Below, one piece after another: positions 1 through 7,548 of a stretch of 15,628 bases of DNA (within the stretch, counting starts at the first letter, position 1; every line of letters starts with the position of its first letter). The translations under genes were made by a program, and so were the position numbers. The notes under the pieces are model-generated. The model ran no database searches, had not been told where the DNA came from, and saw only the letters and a list, made by a program, of their open reading frames with translations. Location: positions 86,818-102,445 of the IMG/VR virus record IMGVR_UViG_3300013126_000015. One strand, written 5' to 3'. The DNA is from a virus (taxonomy: Duplodnaviria > Heunggongvirae > Uroviricota > Caudoviricetes).

Positions 1-1768
1 CAGTTGATTTTTTAGATGTTTTATCTAGTATGCCCAAAATTTGCCATGTACATATAGTATGGGTTTTATTTAATTCTTTACGTTCACCATAATATACACC
101 AACATCTAATCCACAATTAACAAAATCTTCTTCTGTTTGTTCAACTAAACTTTTATTAGGAACAATAGTAATGGTTCTACCATATGGTTCACATACTTTA
201 ACCATTGTGGCAGTAGTTACCGTATTATGGGTTACTACATAGTTATCCGTTACATATAAATGGTCAGGATGATCAATCATTATGCATTTAACTGGCTCAT
301 GTGATACTTTTGAAACCCTATCGATTTTTAAATTCAATCTATGTTCATAATTATACTTATATCCCGTTTTGTCTTTTTTTCTGGTTAATGAAAATAGTTC
401 CCATGGACGAGGATACCTAATATACACTTCATATGCTAATTTCCCACAACGTTTTTCGCCATTATGGGTATAAGTCGGGTGTTTAGTATATACATTAGTA
501 ATACCACCTATACTCCATATCAATTTTGATATATCAGATACTAATCGATTATTACATGTTGAAAATGAAATGCCACCGTTATTAGAAGTACCATCGCTAT
601 CCATTAGTCCACGAATTAATTCTATTCGTTGATTATAGCTTCCATTCATGTATATTTCAGGAATAAATTTATTATGGCTATATGTTTCCATTAAATTCAA
701 ATCCATTAATATTTTTACATACTTGTGAAATGACGACTGTTCATGTTTGAATCCTTTTTCTAATAAAAATTCAGAACGTTTATGGAATCTAGTCGTTTTG
801 TCTTTAAATACTATTGCATAATCATATTTCCCCAAGTGTTTTAGTGTATAATCATCATCTAGTACACCTAATATTCTAGTCAGTATTTCGTCATCACCAG
901 TTGATATAGTGATTCTACCATGTCTAAAACTGGCATCTCCAATCAAAAAACCAAATAACCACGGGTCTATTGGTAAATCAATATCTGAAACATCGTGTGA
1001 TAATGATACCAATGGTATTTTTAACCCACGTGGTGCAGAATTCAATAATTTAATGATATCATGTGTGGTTATATGCCTCCAAACCCCTTTCTTGCTTCCT
1101 CGCCATGCATGATTATGAACTTTCCATATATGGTCTCCGCATGCTCTCGCAGTTCGTCCATCAACAAATGTAATTTCATATACATCCTTTTCTCCTGGGT
1201 AATAAGTATCAAGTACCGTCGAGTGTGTTCCGTCTGGAGTCAATACTATATCACCAACTGAAATCTGATCCATCTCGACGAACCCAGATGGTGTTAATAC
1301 TTTACTATCAAGTGGCTGACATTTCCCGAATGACGTACACAGTTCCTGGATGCTCTGGGGATTAGTTACAAACAAATTTATTGCTTCTACTTGATCCTCT
1401 CGTAACCTAATAAGTTCTCCCTCTTTTGGGTGTCCTGTTGGCCATTTTGTATCACCCCAAAAATCAGTGGTTATTGTGGGGAAACTTAATTTAATTGGTT
1501 TACGAAGATCCTCAAAATCATCGATGACAATACCATCATCTTCTATTATTTTTAAGATTTCAGGTAAATGTACCAAGTAACCTGTTCCACCTATGCTAAA
1601 AAATTGGATAGATCCATCCCACCTACCAAGTTTAACGGCTGGTTGATATTTTGCAACAGGATCAATATATTTGAATTTTTTCGCAAGCTTTCGTCTAGTT
1701 TCAACAGGCAACCCTTCAAACTTACAATTTACTTCATCCAAAATAGTTAATTTACATGAATTTATCAT
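1..1768 (-). CDS. uvsW: UvsW-like superfamily 2 DNA helicase, intein-containing precursor; 3' end lies beyond the left edge of the window
   Basis: Hand translation from ATG at 1768 (ATGA overlap with upstream stop) gives 589 stop-free codons to position 2: MINSCKLTILDEVNCKFEGL...GRWDGSIQFF...LREDQVEAI (Q-motif-like)...QELCTSFGK|intein|TVTTATM...ITIVPNKSLVEQT (motif Ia)...TICTWQ (motif Ib). Not in the ORF track because it has no stop inside the window. Confidence 0.93.
   Translation of the reverse strand, partial: MINSCKLTILDEVNCKFEGLPVETRRKLAKKFKYIDPVAKYQPAVKLGRWDGSIQFFSIGGTGYLVHLPEILKIIEDDGIVIDDFEDLRKPIKLSFPTITTDFWGDTKWPTGHPKEGELIRLREDQVEAINLFVTNPQSIQELCTSFGKCQPLDSKVLTPSGFVEMDQISVGDIVLTPDGTHSTVLDTYYPGEKDVYEITFVDGRTARACGDHIWKVHNHAWRGSKKGVWRHITTHDIIKLLNSAPRGLKIPLVSLSHDVSDIDLPIDPWLFGFLIGDASFRHGRITISTGDDEILTRILGVLDDDYTLKHLGKYDYAIVFKDKTTRFHKRSEFLLEKGFKHEQSSFHKYVKILMDLNLMETYSHNKFIPEIYMNGSYNQRIELIRGLMDSDGTSNNGGISFSTCNNRLVSDISKLIWSIGGITNVYTKHPTYTHNGEKRCGKLAYEVYIRYPRPWELFSLTRKKDKTGYKYNYEHRLNLKIDRVSKVSHEPVKCIMIDHPDHLYVTDNYVVTHNTVTTATMVKVCEPYGRTITIVPNKSLVEQTEEDFVNCGLDVGVYYGERKELNKTHTICTWQILGILDKTSKKST
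224..1321 (-). mobile_element. Intein (366 aa) with LAGLIDADG homing endonuclease domain, inserted in helicase Walker A (GK|T)
   Basis: Block A CQPLDSKVLTPSG; block B GRTARACGDHIW; LAGLIDADG blocks WLFGFLIGDAS and ELIRGLMDSDG; block F EPVKCIMIDHPDHLYVT; block G VVTHN followed by +1 Thr. Excision restores TSFGKT. Confidence 0.95.
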
Positions 1769-2058
1769 TTGTTTTTATATTTTTCCATTCGTATTTCTCT
1801 GGCAGAATTCATTTGTTCAATTCTCTTTAACCTATTCTGATATTCACGATCTGTTTCCATTCTCCATATCTTAATATACGTATCATTAGTTTGTTTATCA
1901 TATCCAAATGTTATAAACTTCCCTTCGTCAATTATATATTTAAGTTTTGAATACTCTTGATCTAATTTTTCTTTAACATCTTCAATAGTTCCACCATCGA
2001 AAATAGATAATACTGGAAAATGTAATACCTTTTCCATTTTAACAGAACGTTCATTCAT
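1765..2058 (-). CDS. Hypothetical protein (97 aa)
   Basis: ORF track; ATGA overlaps at both ends imply translational coupling; charged C-terminal helix RMETDREYQNRL. Confidence 0.75.
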   Translation of the reverse strand: MNERSVKMEKVLHFPVLSIFDGGTIEDVKEKLDQEYSKLKYIIDEGKFITFGYDKQTNDTYIKIWRMETDREYQNRLKRIEQMNSAREIRMEKYKNK

Positions 2059-2303
2059 AATATTTTTGAATACCTTGATTGAAATGATATAGTATCTTTG
2101 ATATATATTTTAGTTGGATCATCAATGTCACTAAATTGAATTAATAACTCAACTTTATCAACTTTATCTATTTTAACAATAAATCCAGTTGGTGATATCC
2201 ATTGTGATTCTAATTCTATATCATAGACCCCGAAAATATGTTGATTGACAACATGCCTGCCATACAATGAACGAACTATCATATTAAGAGTTAATTGTAT
2301 CAA
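2055..2303 (-). CDS. Hypothetical protein (82 aa)
   Basis: ORF track; fills the gap between YqeY and the 97-aa ORF with overlaps on both sides. Confidence 0.7.
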   Translation of the reverse strand: MIQLTLNMIVRSLYGRHVVNQHIFGVYDIELESQWISPTGFIVKIDKVDKVELLIQFSDIDDPTKIYIKDTISFQSRYSKIL

Positions 2304-2709
2304 TAATATTGGATGCTAATTTTCCATCATACTTTCCACCAAAAGCAGATTTCAGATATTTCATGATATCAGCTTTTGCTGTTTTTCCAGAACTGGTTAT
2401 GTAAGAAGATATAATTTCGTTTAACTCATCTTCTGATCGCTGTTTTGGCAGATACTGTTCAATTATTTCACGTTCTCGTAAGTATGAATCCTTATCAGTT
2501 GCATGCAGTAAACACAAGTCTATATCTTTTATAAACTTTTTAATCACTCGAAGCACTTCATCATCGGTTGATAAACGTTTTCCGTCATTGATACCAACAT
2601 TGGCTGCTTCACTATATAATGTTGTTAATAGTGATATTGCTTGTTTGTCTACAGCTTGTTTGCGTAAGTTAGTCAAATCATCTTTAATTTTGTTGATTAG
2701 GACTGTCAT
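2284..2709 (-). CDS. GatB/YqeY domain protein (about 141 aa; start re-called to MTVLINK at 2709, ORF track start 2754)
   Basis: DDEVLRVIKK, EREIIEQYLPKQRSEDEL, IMKYLK, GKYDGKLAS match the YqeY family pattern and length; the 15 extra N-terminal residues are low-complexity Asn/Tyr. Confidence 0.85.
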   Translation of the reverse strand: MTVLINKIKDDLTNLRKQAVDKQAISLLTTLYSEAANVGINDGKRLSTDDEVLRVIKKFIKDIDLCLLHATDKDSYLREREIIEQYLPKQRSEDELNEIISSYITSSGKTAKADIMKYLKSAFGGKYDGKLASNIIDTINS

Positions 2710-2824
2710 TTTTATTTTTCCGTTATTATAATTTCTGTTATAGGATTGATACATATGCTAGTGTACTCAAAACAAGCATTATTATGACTAACCATAAATT
2801 TAGTTTGTCTAGAATATCCACACC

Positions 2825-3298
2825 TTATCCCAATAATGTTTGTTTTTTGTTAGTGGCAGGTGTTGGCATCAATCGCCTCACTGCTGATAAGAATACAGTT
2901 AGAGCAATTGATCTATCATAATTTGAATTAATAGAATCATTTACGATATCAATTGCCGTGAGAATAGCATAACTGTGCTCTGGTTTATATAGACTTAATG
3001 CTACATTAAATTGTTTATGGTACATTATTCTAGAAAATACAGAATACAAATTTTCATCAGGAAATCCAACCAATGGTTCGAATCCGATTCTTCTTAATTT
3101 TTCGTCTAATGCCGCCGAGTCTTCGACAAATATACTTTGATTAAATGGGACAAATTCGACTTCTAAGGTTCTAGCAGTGACTTCACCATGTTCTAAATTC
3201 CGCTCATTCCATAATTTACTCATTGTCACTTTTTTTCTAAATTTTTTCCAATAATCCGTGATATCCAAATTCAGTAGTTCTCGTTTTTTCATTGACAT
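2825..3298 (-). CDS. Hypothetical protein (up to 157 aa; start uncertain)
   Basis: ORF track; co-oriented, fills the gap; no recognisable motif. Confidence 0.7.
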   Translation of the reverse strand: MSMKKRELLNLDITDYWKKFRKKVTMSKLWNERNLEHGEVTARTLEVEFVPFNQSIFVEDSAALDEKLRRIGFEPLVGFPDENLYSVFSRIMYHKQFNVALSLYKPEHSYAILTAIDIVNDSINSNYDRSIALTVFLSAVRRLMPTPATNKKQTLLG

Positions 3299-3323
3299 TG
3301 TGTTCGCAACCGTGTGTTATATG

Positions 3324-4157
3324 TTAAGATTGTAGTACGTCCGATAAAATATTTGATAAAATGGTTGGATCTTCCAATTCATATGAAAACCATTCCATAT
3401 GACATACTAGATCGAACCATTCTTCTCTATTATGATAGCAAGGTTGTTCAATTTCTGCCAATGGTGTTGACATTGGGTATGCGATGTTATGTGCGTCTGT
3501 TATTACTGGTATACCGTTTATGACGGCTTGTATAGCAGGTGAGGATGATGAATTGATCACTATCCAAGCATTTTCTAATGAAAAATCATAATCATCGTAT
3601 GTGCTTGGTATTTTTACTGGCTGCTGAACACTAACATTATAGTTGGATAAATCTTTGAAATATGGTTCACGAGGATGTGGTCTAAATATTATAGGTCTAT
3701 CGGTATATTCTCTGACTGATTCAATCATATTAATCAGCCAGTTATTGACGTTACCGTGTTTCCAAAGATGACTATTTGTTCGTTGCCCACATATAAGAAT
3801 ATGTTCACCAGTAGTATTCCATGGTTTAAGTGCCATACCTATGTGATGATGTCTATTTGGTTGGAATGTTTTATTTGGTAGGTTAAGTCCATTTATACCG
3901 ATTCGCCACAATGTATTACGGTTTAATGAACTAACTTCTATCACTATGATAGGTTTATCAGTGGATGCTGCATGCTCTAATACAAATTTATTTGGCTCCA
4001 TTCTTCCATGGAACAGCAACGACCATATTATATATAAATCCGCATCATATGAGTTATATACAATGTCATGATTTAATTTTGATAATCCTCTTGTTATACA
4101 ATTAAAAATAGGTGTCGAATTTAATGCACCGTATTTAGTAAATATTGATATCTTCAT
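3324..4157 (-). CDS. Putative GT-B fold glycosyltransferase (capsule-synthesis-like), paralog of 5278..6186
   Basis: KPWNTTGEHILICGQ, RPIIFRPHPRE, SSSSPAIQAVINGIP, REEWF pattern; HP motif and S-S/T..A...G.P motif typical of GT-B sugar-donor-binding domains. Confidence 0.65.
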   Translation of the reverse strand: MKISIFTKYGALNSTPIFNCITRGLSKLNHDIVYNSYDADLYIIWSLLFHGRMEPNKFVLEHAASTDKPIIVIEVSSLNRNTLWRIGINGLNLPNKTFQPNRHHHIGMALKPWNTTGEHILICGQRTNSHLWKHGNVNNWLINMIESVREYTDRPIIFRPHPREPYFKDLSNYNVSVQQPVKIPSTYDDYDFSLENAWIVINSSSSPAIQAVINGIPVITDAHNIAYPMSTPLAEIEQPCYHNREEWFDLVCHMEWFSYELEDPTILSNILSDVLQS

Positions 4158-4465
4158 CCTATATAGAATCTTGCCATTTGTCGCAGTTCTTCTAATGTTC
4201 CATTATTTTTCATTCTATTTGCTTTATATGATATAATCATAATATTATCTGGTTCGTACCCTTTTGCCGAATCGATCCTATCTACACTAGGACTATTATC
4301 ACCAAGATCGCGCCTATTGTAATCTATACTAATATTTAGTAATGGGCATGATATCGGGAAACTTAGATTATTCAAATCACAAATTGTAAGGCTAAATTGT
4401 ATCCCACGTTTCTTTGCACTACTTTTTAATTGATTTAACATTTTATTAAGATTTTTATGATGCAT
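4154..4465 (-). CDS. Small HNH-type (beta-beta-alpha-metal) endonuclease (about 103 aa; start re-called to MHHKNL at 4465)
   Basis: SCPLL...SPSVDRIDSAKGYEPDNIMIISYKANRMKN motif; the longer ORF-track start (4573) would overlap the + strand gene and the promoter palindrome. Confidence 0.75.
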   Translation of the reverse strand: MHHKNLNKMLNQLKSSAKKRGIQFSLTICDLNNLSFPISCPLLNISIDYNRRDLGDNSPSVDRIDSAKGYEPDNIMIISYKANRMKNNGTLEELRQMARFYIG

Positions 4466-4494
4466 ACTGTTATATAAAAATATTATAGATACAG

Positions 4495-4506
4495 TATTTA
4501 TAAATA
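4495..4506. promoter_or_regulatory. Palindromic TATTTATAAATA: T4-late-type TATAAATA box on both strands between divergent genes
   Basis: TATAAATA at 4499-4506 (+) and 4502-4495 (-); + gene has GGAG SD at 4515-4518 and ATG at 4524. Confidence 0.6.
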
Positions 4507-4523
4507 TTGTTTTTGGAGAATAT

Positions 4524-5306
4524 ATGATAGTTCCAACACGTTTAGGCAACAACCCACCATCATCACCATTCATTTATACAGCTGGTGACTCCCATTACTT
4601 CGAACTACATGGAAAACCACTAATTAATAGCATATTAACAAACACCAATTATCCAATTCATATTCATTTATATAATCCTAACAAAAAACAATTAGAATGG
4701 TTACAACAGGATAGAGTAACCTATTCATATGAAAAAATTTCAGTCATGGTATTTGAAGATATGGTAGATGATTGGTTAACCAGAGACTACTTTGATAACC
4801 ATCGGGAAAAGCAGATGTACGATAAAGGTATTCTGTATGGAAGGGAAAAATTATTAGATATAATTATTAAAACTTATTATGCATGTTGTAGATTTATTAG
4901 GCTAAATGAAATTCTATCAAAAGGTTCTCGTTGTTTAGCTATAGATATTGATGGGATTGTGATAAGAGATTTCCAAATCACGATGGAAAATGAAGATAAA
5001 GATTTTTATTTGTACAGAAAACAATCTGGAGAACATTTAGCTGGTGCAATATTATTCACTGAGAGGTCTAAACAGTTTTTATCGGATTTTGCAAATAATA
5101 TATATGCGGAATTGGAACGAGATAACATATATTGGTTTTTAGATCAGGTTGAACTTGATAAATGTGTAGCAAAGTATAATGCAGGATTATTGCCAATTGG
5201 TTATATAGATTGGGAAATGAATGAAAATAGTTATATATGGAGTGCAAAAGGTAATAGAAAAAGTAACTGCATTTTTATTAATGAGCAGCAGAAATATAAT
5301 TTTTAA
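4524..5306 (+). CDS. Putative GT-A fold nucleotide-diphospho-sugar transferase
   Basis: 260 aa with GGAG SD; CRFIRL followed by LAIDIDGIV (DxD after hydrophobic strand), HLAGAILF, WFLDQ motifs. Only credible + strand gene in the window. Confidence 0.7.
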   Translation: MIVPTRLGNNPPSSPFIYTAGDSHYFELHGKPLINSILTNTNYPIHIHLYNPNKKQLEWLQQDRVTYSYEKISVMVFEDMVDDWLTRDYFDNHREKQMYDKGILYGREKLLDIIIKTYYACCRFIRLNEILSKGSRCLAIDIDGIVIRDFQITMENEDKDFYLYRKQSGEHLAGAILFTERSKQFLSDFANNIYAELERDNIYWFLDQVELDKCVAKYNAGLLPIGYIDWEMNENSYIWSAKGNRKSNCIFINEQQKYNF

Positions 5307-6186
5307 TTCTATTCCATAATGTTCCTATACCAACTTCATAATTTGACCAATGAATATTAGCTATTTTATGAATCCATTCATCACGGTCAGGCATTGATGG
5401 ATTTTCAATAGATGATATATCATTTCCTGAACATTCACTGGCCCAACTATTTATGGGATCATATATAATATTTGGTATTCCTTCTATTATGGAAATTACA
5501 TTTGGAGTAGAATTGTATCCTACGGTACACCAGCAATTATCCAAGTCTTGTCGTATATTTTCATTAGTGGAAACTATTACATTTTTCAATGTTTTGTTTA
5601 TTTCCACTTTTATAAAATTTTTGTATTTGTCGCCAGGATGTAGCCTAATAATAATTGGTCTATCACTGTATGTTCTTATGTCATTTACTGTAGTAAATAT
5701 CCATTCTAAGTGATTATTTCCAAAAAGGTTCCATCCATTACTTCGTTGGCATAAAATAAGAATGTGTTCACCAGATTTCCGCCAAGGTTTTAATTTGACA
5801 TTATGATATAAACTAAAATCATTCCATTTATTACGATCTATATTATCTAATAGATAATTTCCATTTTCTGGATATACAGAATTTAAACTATATCTATGCC
5901 AATATTGTGAACTATTTGAATAATTTAAGATATTACTGTCAATATAAATCCGTGGTATATTATTTAATTCGAGTGATGTAATAATATGTTTTCTTAAATT
6001 GTTTTCTGTGGTGTATCCAAGAATTAAACCAGCATCAATAGAAGTATCTAATTCAAAAACGCTTGAGTAATATTCAATAACAGAGTCGCTATGCGATACT
6101 CCTCTCATAAATGAATTCATTGCAGAAAATTTATGAGGATGTTTTGTTATGTTATTTACTGAATTATAAAATATACCGACTTTCAC
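5278..6186 (-). CDS. Putative GT-B fold glycosyltransferase (capsule-synthesis-like), GTG start
   Basis: KPWRKSGEHILILCQ, RPIIIRLHPGD, NSTPNVISIIEGIP, DRDEWI align with 3324..4157; GTG (6184-6186) overlaps the upstream TAG. Confidence 0.65.
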   Translation of the reverse strand: MKVGIFYNSVNNITKHPHKFSAMNSFMRGVSHSDSVIEYYSSVFELDTSIDAGLILGYTTENNLRKHIITSLELNNIPRIYIDSNILNYSNSSQYWHRYSLNSVYPENGNYLLDNIDRNKWNDFSLYHNVKLKPWRKSGEHILILCQRSNGWNLFGNNHLEWIFTTVNDIRTYSDRPIIIRLHPGDKYKNFIKVEINKTLKNVIVSTNENIRQDLDNCWCTVGYNSTPNVISIIEGIPNIIYDPINSWASECSGNDISSIENPSMPDRDEWIHKIANIHWSNYEVGIGTLWNRIKNYISAAH

Positions 6187-6854
6187 TAATTTTTACAATA
6201 CGTTGTTAAATTATATTCTTTGTGCCATACATTTGCCATTCCTTTATCTGCATATTCTTTAATGCACGGTGCACCTATGGTATAATGTATTATTTTAGCA
6301 TTTTCATTTGGATTGTATTCTAAATCTAACCAGTTCCATTCTAGTGGCAATTCACCAATTCTTTCATCGTCGATCCATTTAAATCGATGTAAGTCAGCTC
6401 CAGTAGACTGCTGAACAAATGATGGGGTTAATATCCTGTTTGCATCTGAGTGACAGTTCCATAAAATTACACTGGACCAATTTTTTCTAGGGTAATTATC
6501 ATTACTTGCGCCAAAATATTTGGTAGGATATTTTGTATTGTAATCATGTTTGGCAACTAAAACATCTTTTGCATAATGTTTCATATCCCATAATTCTGCA
6601 ATATCTCCTTGAACAATCATATCACCATCCAAAAAAATAGCCCATCCCTCGTATCCAGTTAAATATGGTACAAGAAATCGGCTATAAATGAAATCATTGC
6701 TACCGTCTGTATGCGATTCAGTATACTCTTGTATTAAGTTAAGTGCTAACGGAATTATTTGAACAGGTTTGCTTGAATTTCTAATAATGCTATTTACGCA
6801 TGTATGAAATGATATCGCCTCACGGCTATCATATCCAATAAATACTGGTATCAT
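6186..6854 (-). CDS. Glycosyltransferase, GT-A fold (GT8-like)
   Basis: VFIGYD, FIYSRFLVP, AIFLDGDM (DxD), KNWSSVILWN, LEWNWL, IIHYT motifs; GAGGA SD at 6861-6865. Confidence 0.85.
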   Translation of the reverse strand: MIPVFIGYDSREAISFHTCVNSIIRNSSKPVQIIPLALNLIQEYTESHTDGSNDFIYSRFLVPYLTGYEGWAIFLDGDMIVQGDIAELWDMKHYAKDVLVAKHDYNTKYPTKYFGASNDNYPRKNWSSVILWNCHSDANRILTPSFVQQSTGADLHRFKWIDDERIGELPLEWNWLDLEYNPNENAKIIHYTIGAPCIKEYADKGMANVWHKEYNLTTYCKN

Positions 6855-6870
6855 AATATATCCTCATTTT

Positions 6871-6882
6871 ATATATATATAT
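6871..6882. repeat. (AT)6 dinucleotide tract
   Basis: atatatatatat between the TAAATA box and the SD of the GT8-like gene. Confidence 0.8.
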
Positions 6883-6890
6883 TATTTATC
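6883..6890 (-). promoter_or_regulatory. Late-promoter-like box GATAAATA upstream of the GT8-like gene
   Basis: tatttatc on + strand, overlapping the stop of the beta-barrel ORF; 7/8 match to TATAAATA. Confidence 0.45.
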
Positions 6891-7548
6891 AGAATATTTT
6901 CCATGTGAATCCGGTAATTCCAGCAAATTCATTGCCAGAATTGGTTTCAGGGACCATTATTCCAATATAAGGACGCAAATTTTTGCTGATTTGGTAATAA
7001 ACATCAATAACAGCACCTGATAAATTATTATTACCGCTGTAATAATCACCTGTTATGATGAATTTGTTAATTTTATATTTTATACCAGCTTGAAAATTAA
7101 ATGGTTGATGAATTGTTGCTAATTCATCATTGACATAATACCCCCCGAAATGGGTTGATAAAGTGTCAGAAATGCTATAAGTGATATCAGCATACGAGGT
7201 TGCATGTAACTTTTTAGGAGTATTTCCAAAATTATATCCAGCCTGTCCACCAATCTCAACTGAAATTTTATTGAATGAAACTCTTCTAGCTAAGTTTATA
7301 TAGGTATCATTTTCATAATTTTGCATTTGATCTCCCAAAAGTTTTACATTTGCTATTTGCACACCATATGTCCATTGTGGGCCATAATCCATAAATGACC
7401 AGTTATTATATAACGCATTTCTGTATATATTCCATTCACCGGAAAATATTTTTTTATCATCACCACCGTTATTATGATCAATAATCGCAGTGTTAGCATA
7501 TATATTTGATGATATTAAAAAAATTACCCATTTAAGATAATTGAGCAT
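6889..7548 (-). CDS. Predicted outer-membrane beta-barrel protein with signal peptide (about 219 aa; start re-called to MLNYLK at 7548)
   Basis: N-terminal K + hydrophobic stretch ending ...NIYA; about 12 amphipathic Gly/aromatic-rich strands; C-terminal FAGITGFTWKIF ending in Phe (BAM beta-signal-like). Confidence 0.65.
   Translation of the reverse strand: MLNYLKWVIFLISSNIYANTAIIDHNNGGDDKKIFSGEWNIYRNALYNNWSFMDYGPQWTYGVQIANVKLLGDQMQNYENDTYINLARRVSFNKISVEIGGQAGYNFGNTPKKLHATSYADITYSISDTLSTHFGGYYVNDELATIHQPFNFQAGIKYKINKFIITGDYYSGNNNLSGAVIDVYYQISKNLRPYIGIMVPETNSGNEFAGITGFTWKIF

Noticed and set aside
909-1874. Four short + strand ORFs (909, 1061, 1568, 1671)
   Set aside because: Shadows antisense to the helicase/intein frame; no RBS or motifs.
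2710-2824. Sigma70 promoter upstream of YqeY (TATAAT present on - strand)
   Set aside because: No acceptable -35 at 16-18 nt; TATAAT alone is frequent at this AT content.
4466-5306. Possible invertible segment around the lone + strand GT
   Set aside because: No flanking inverted repeats or recombinase found.
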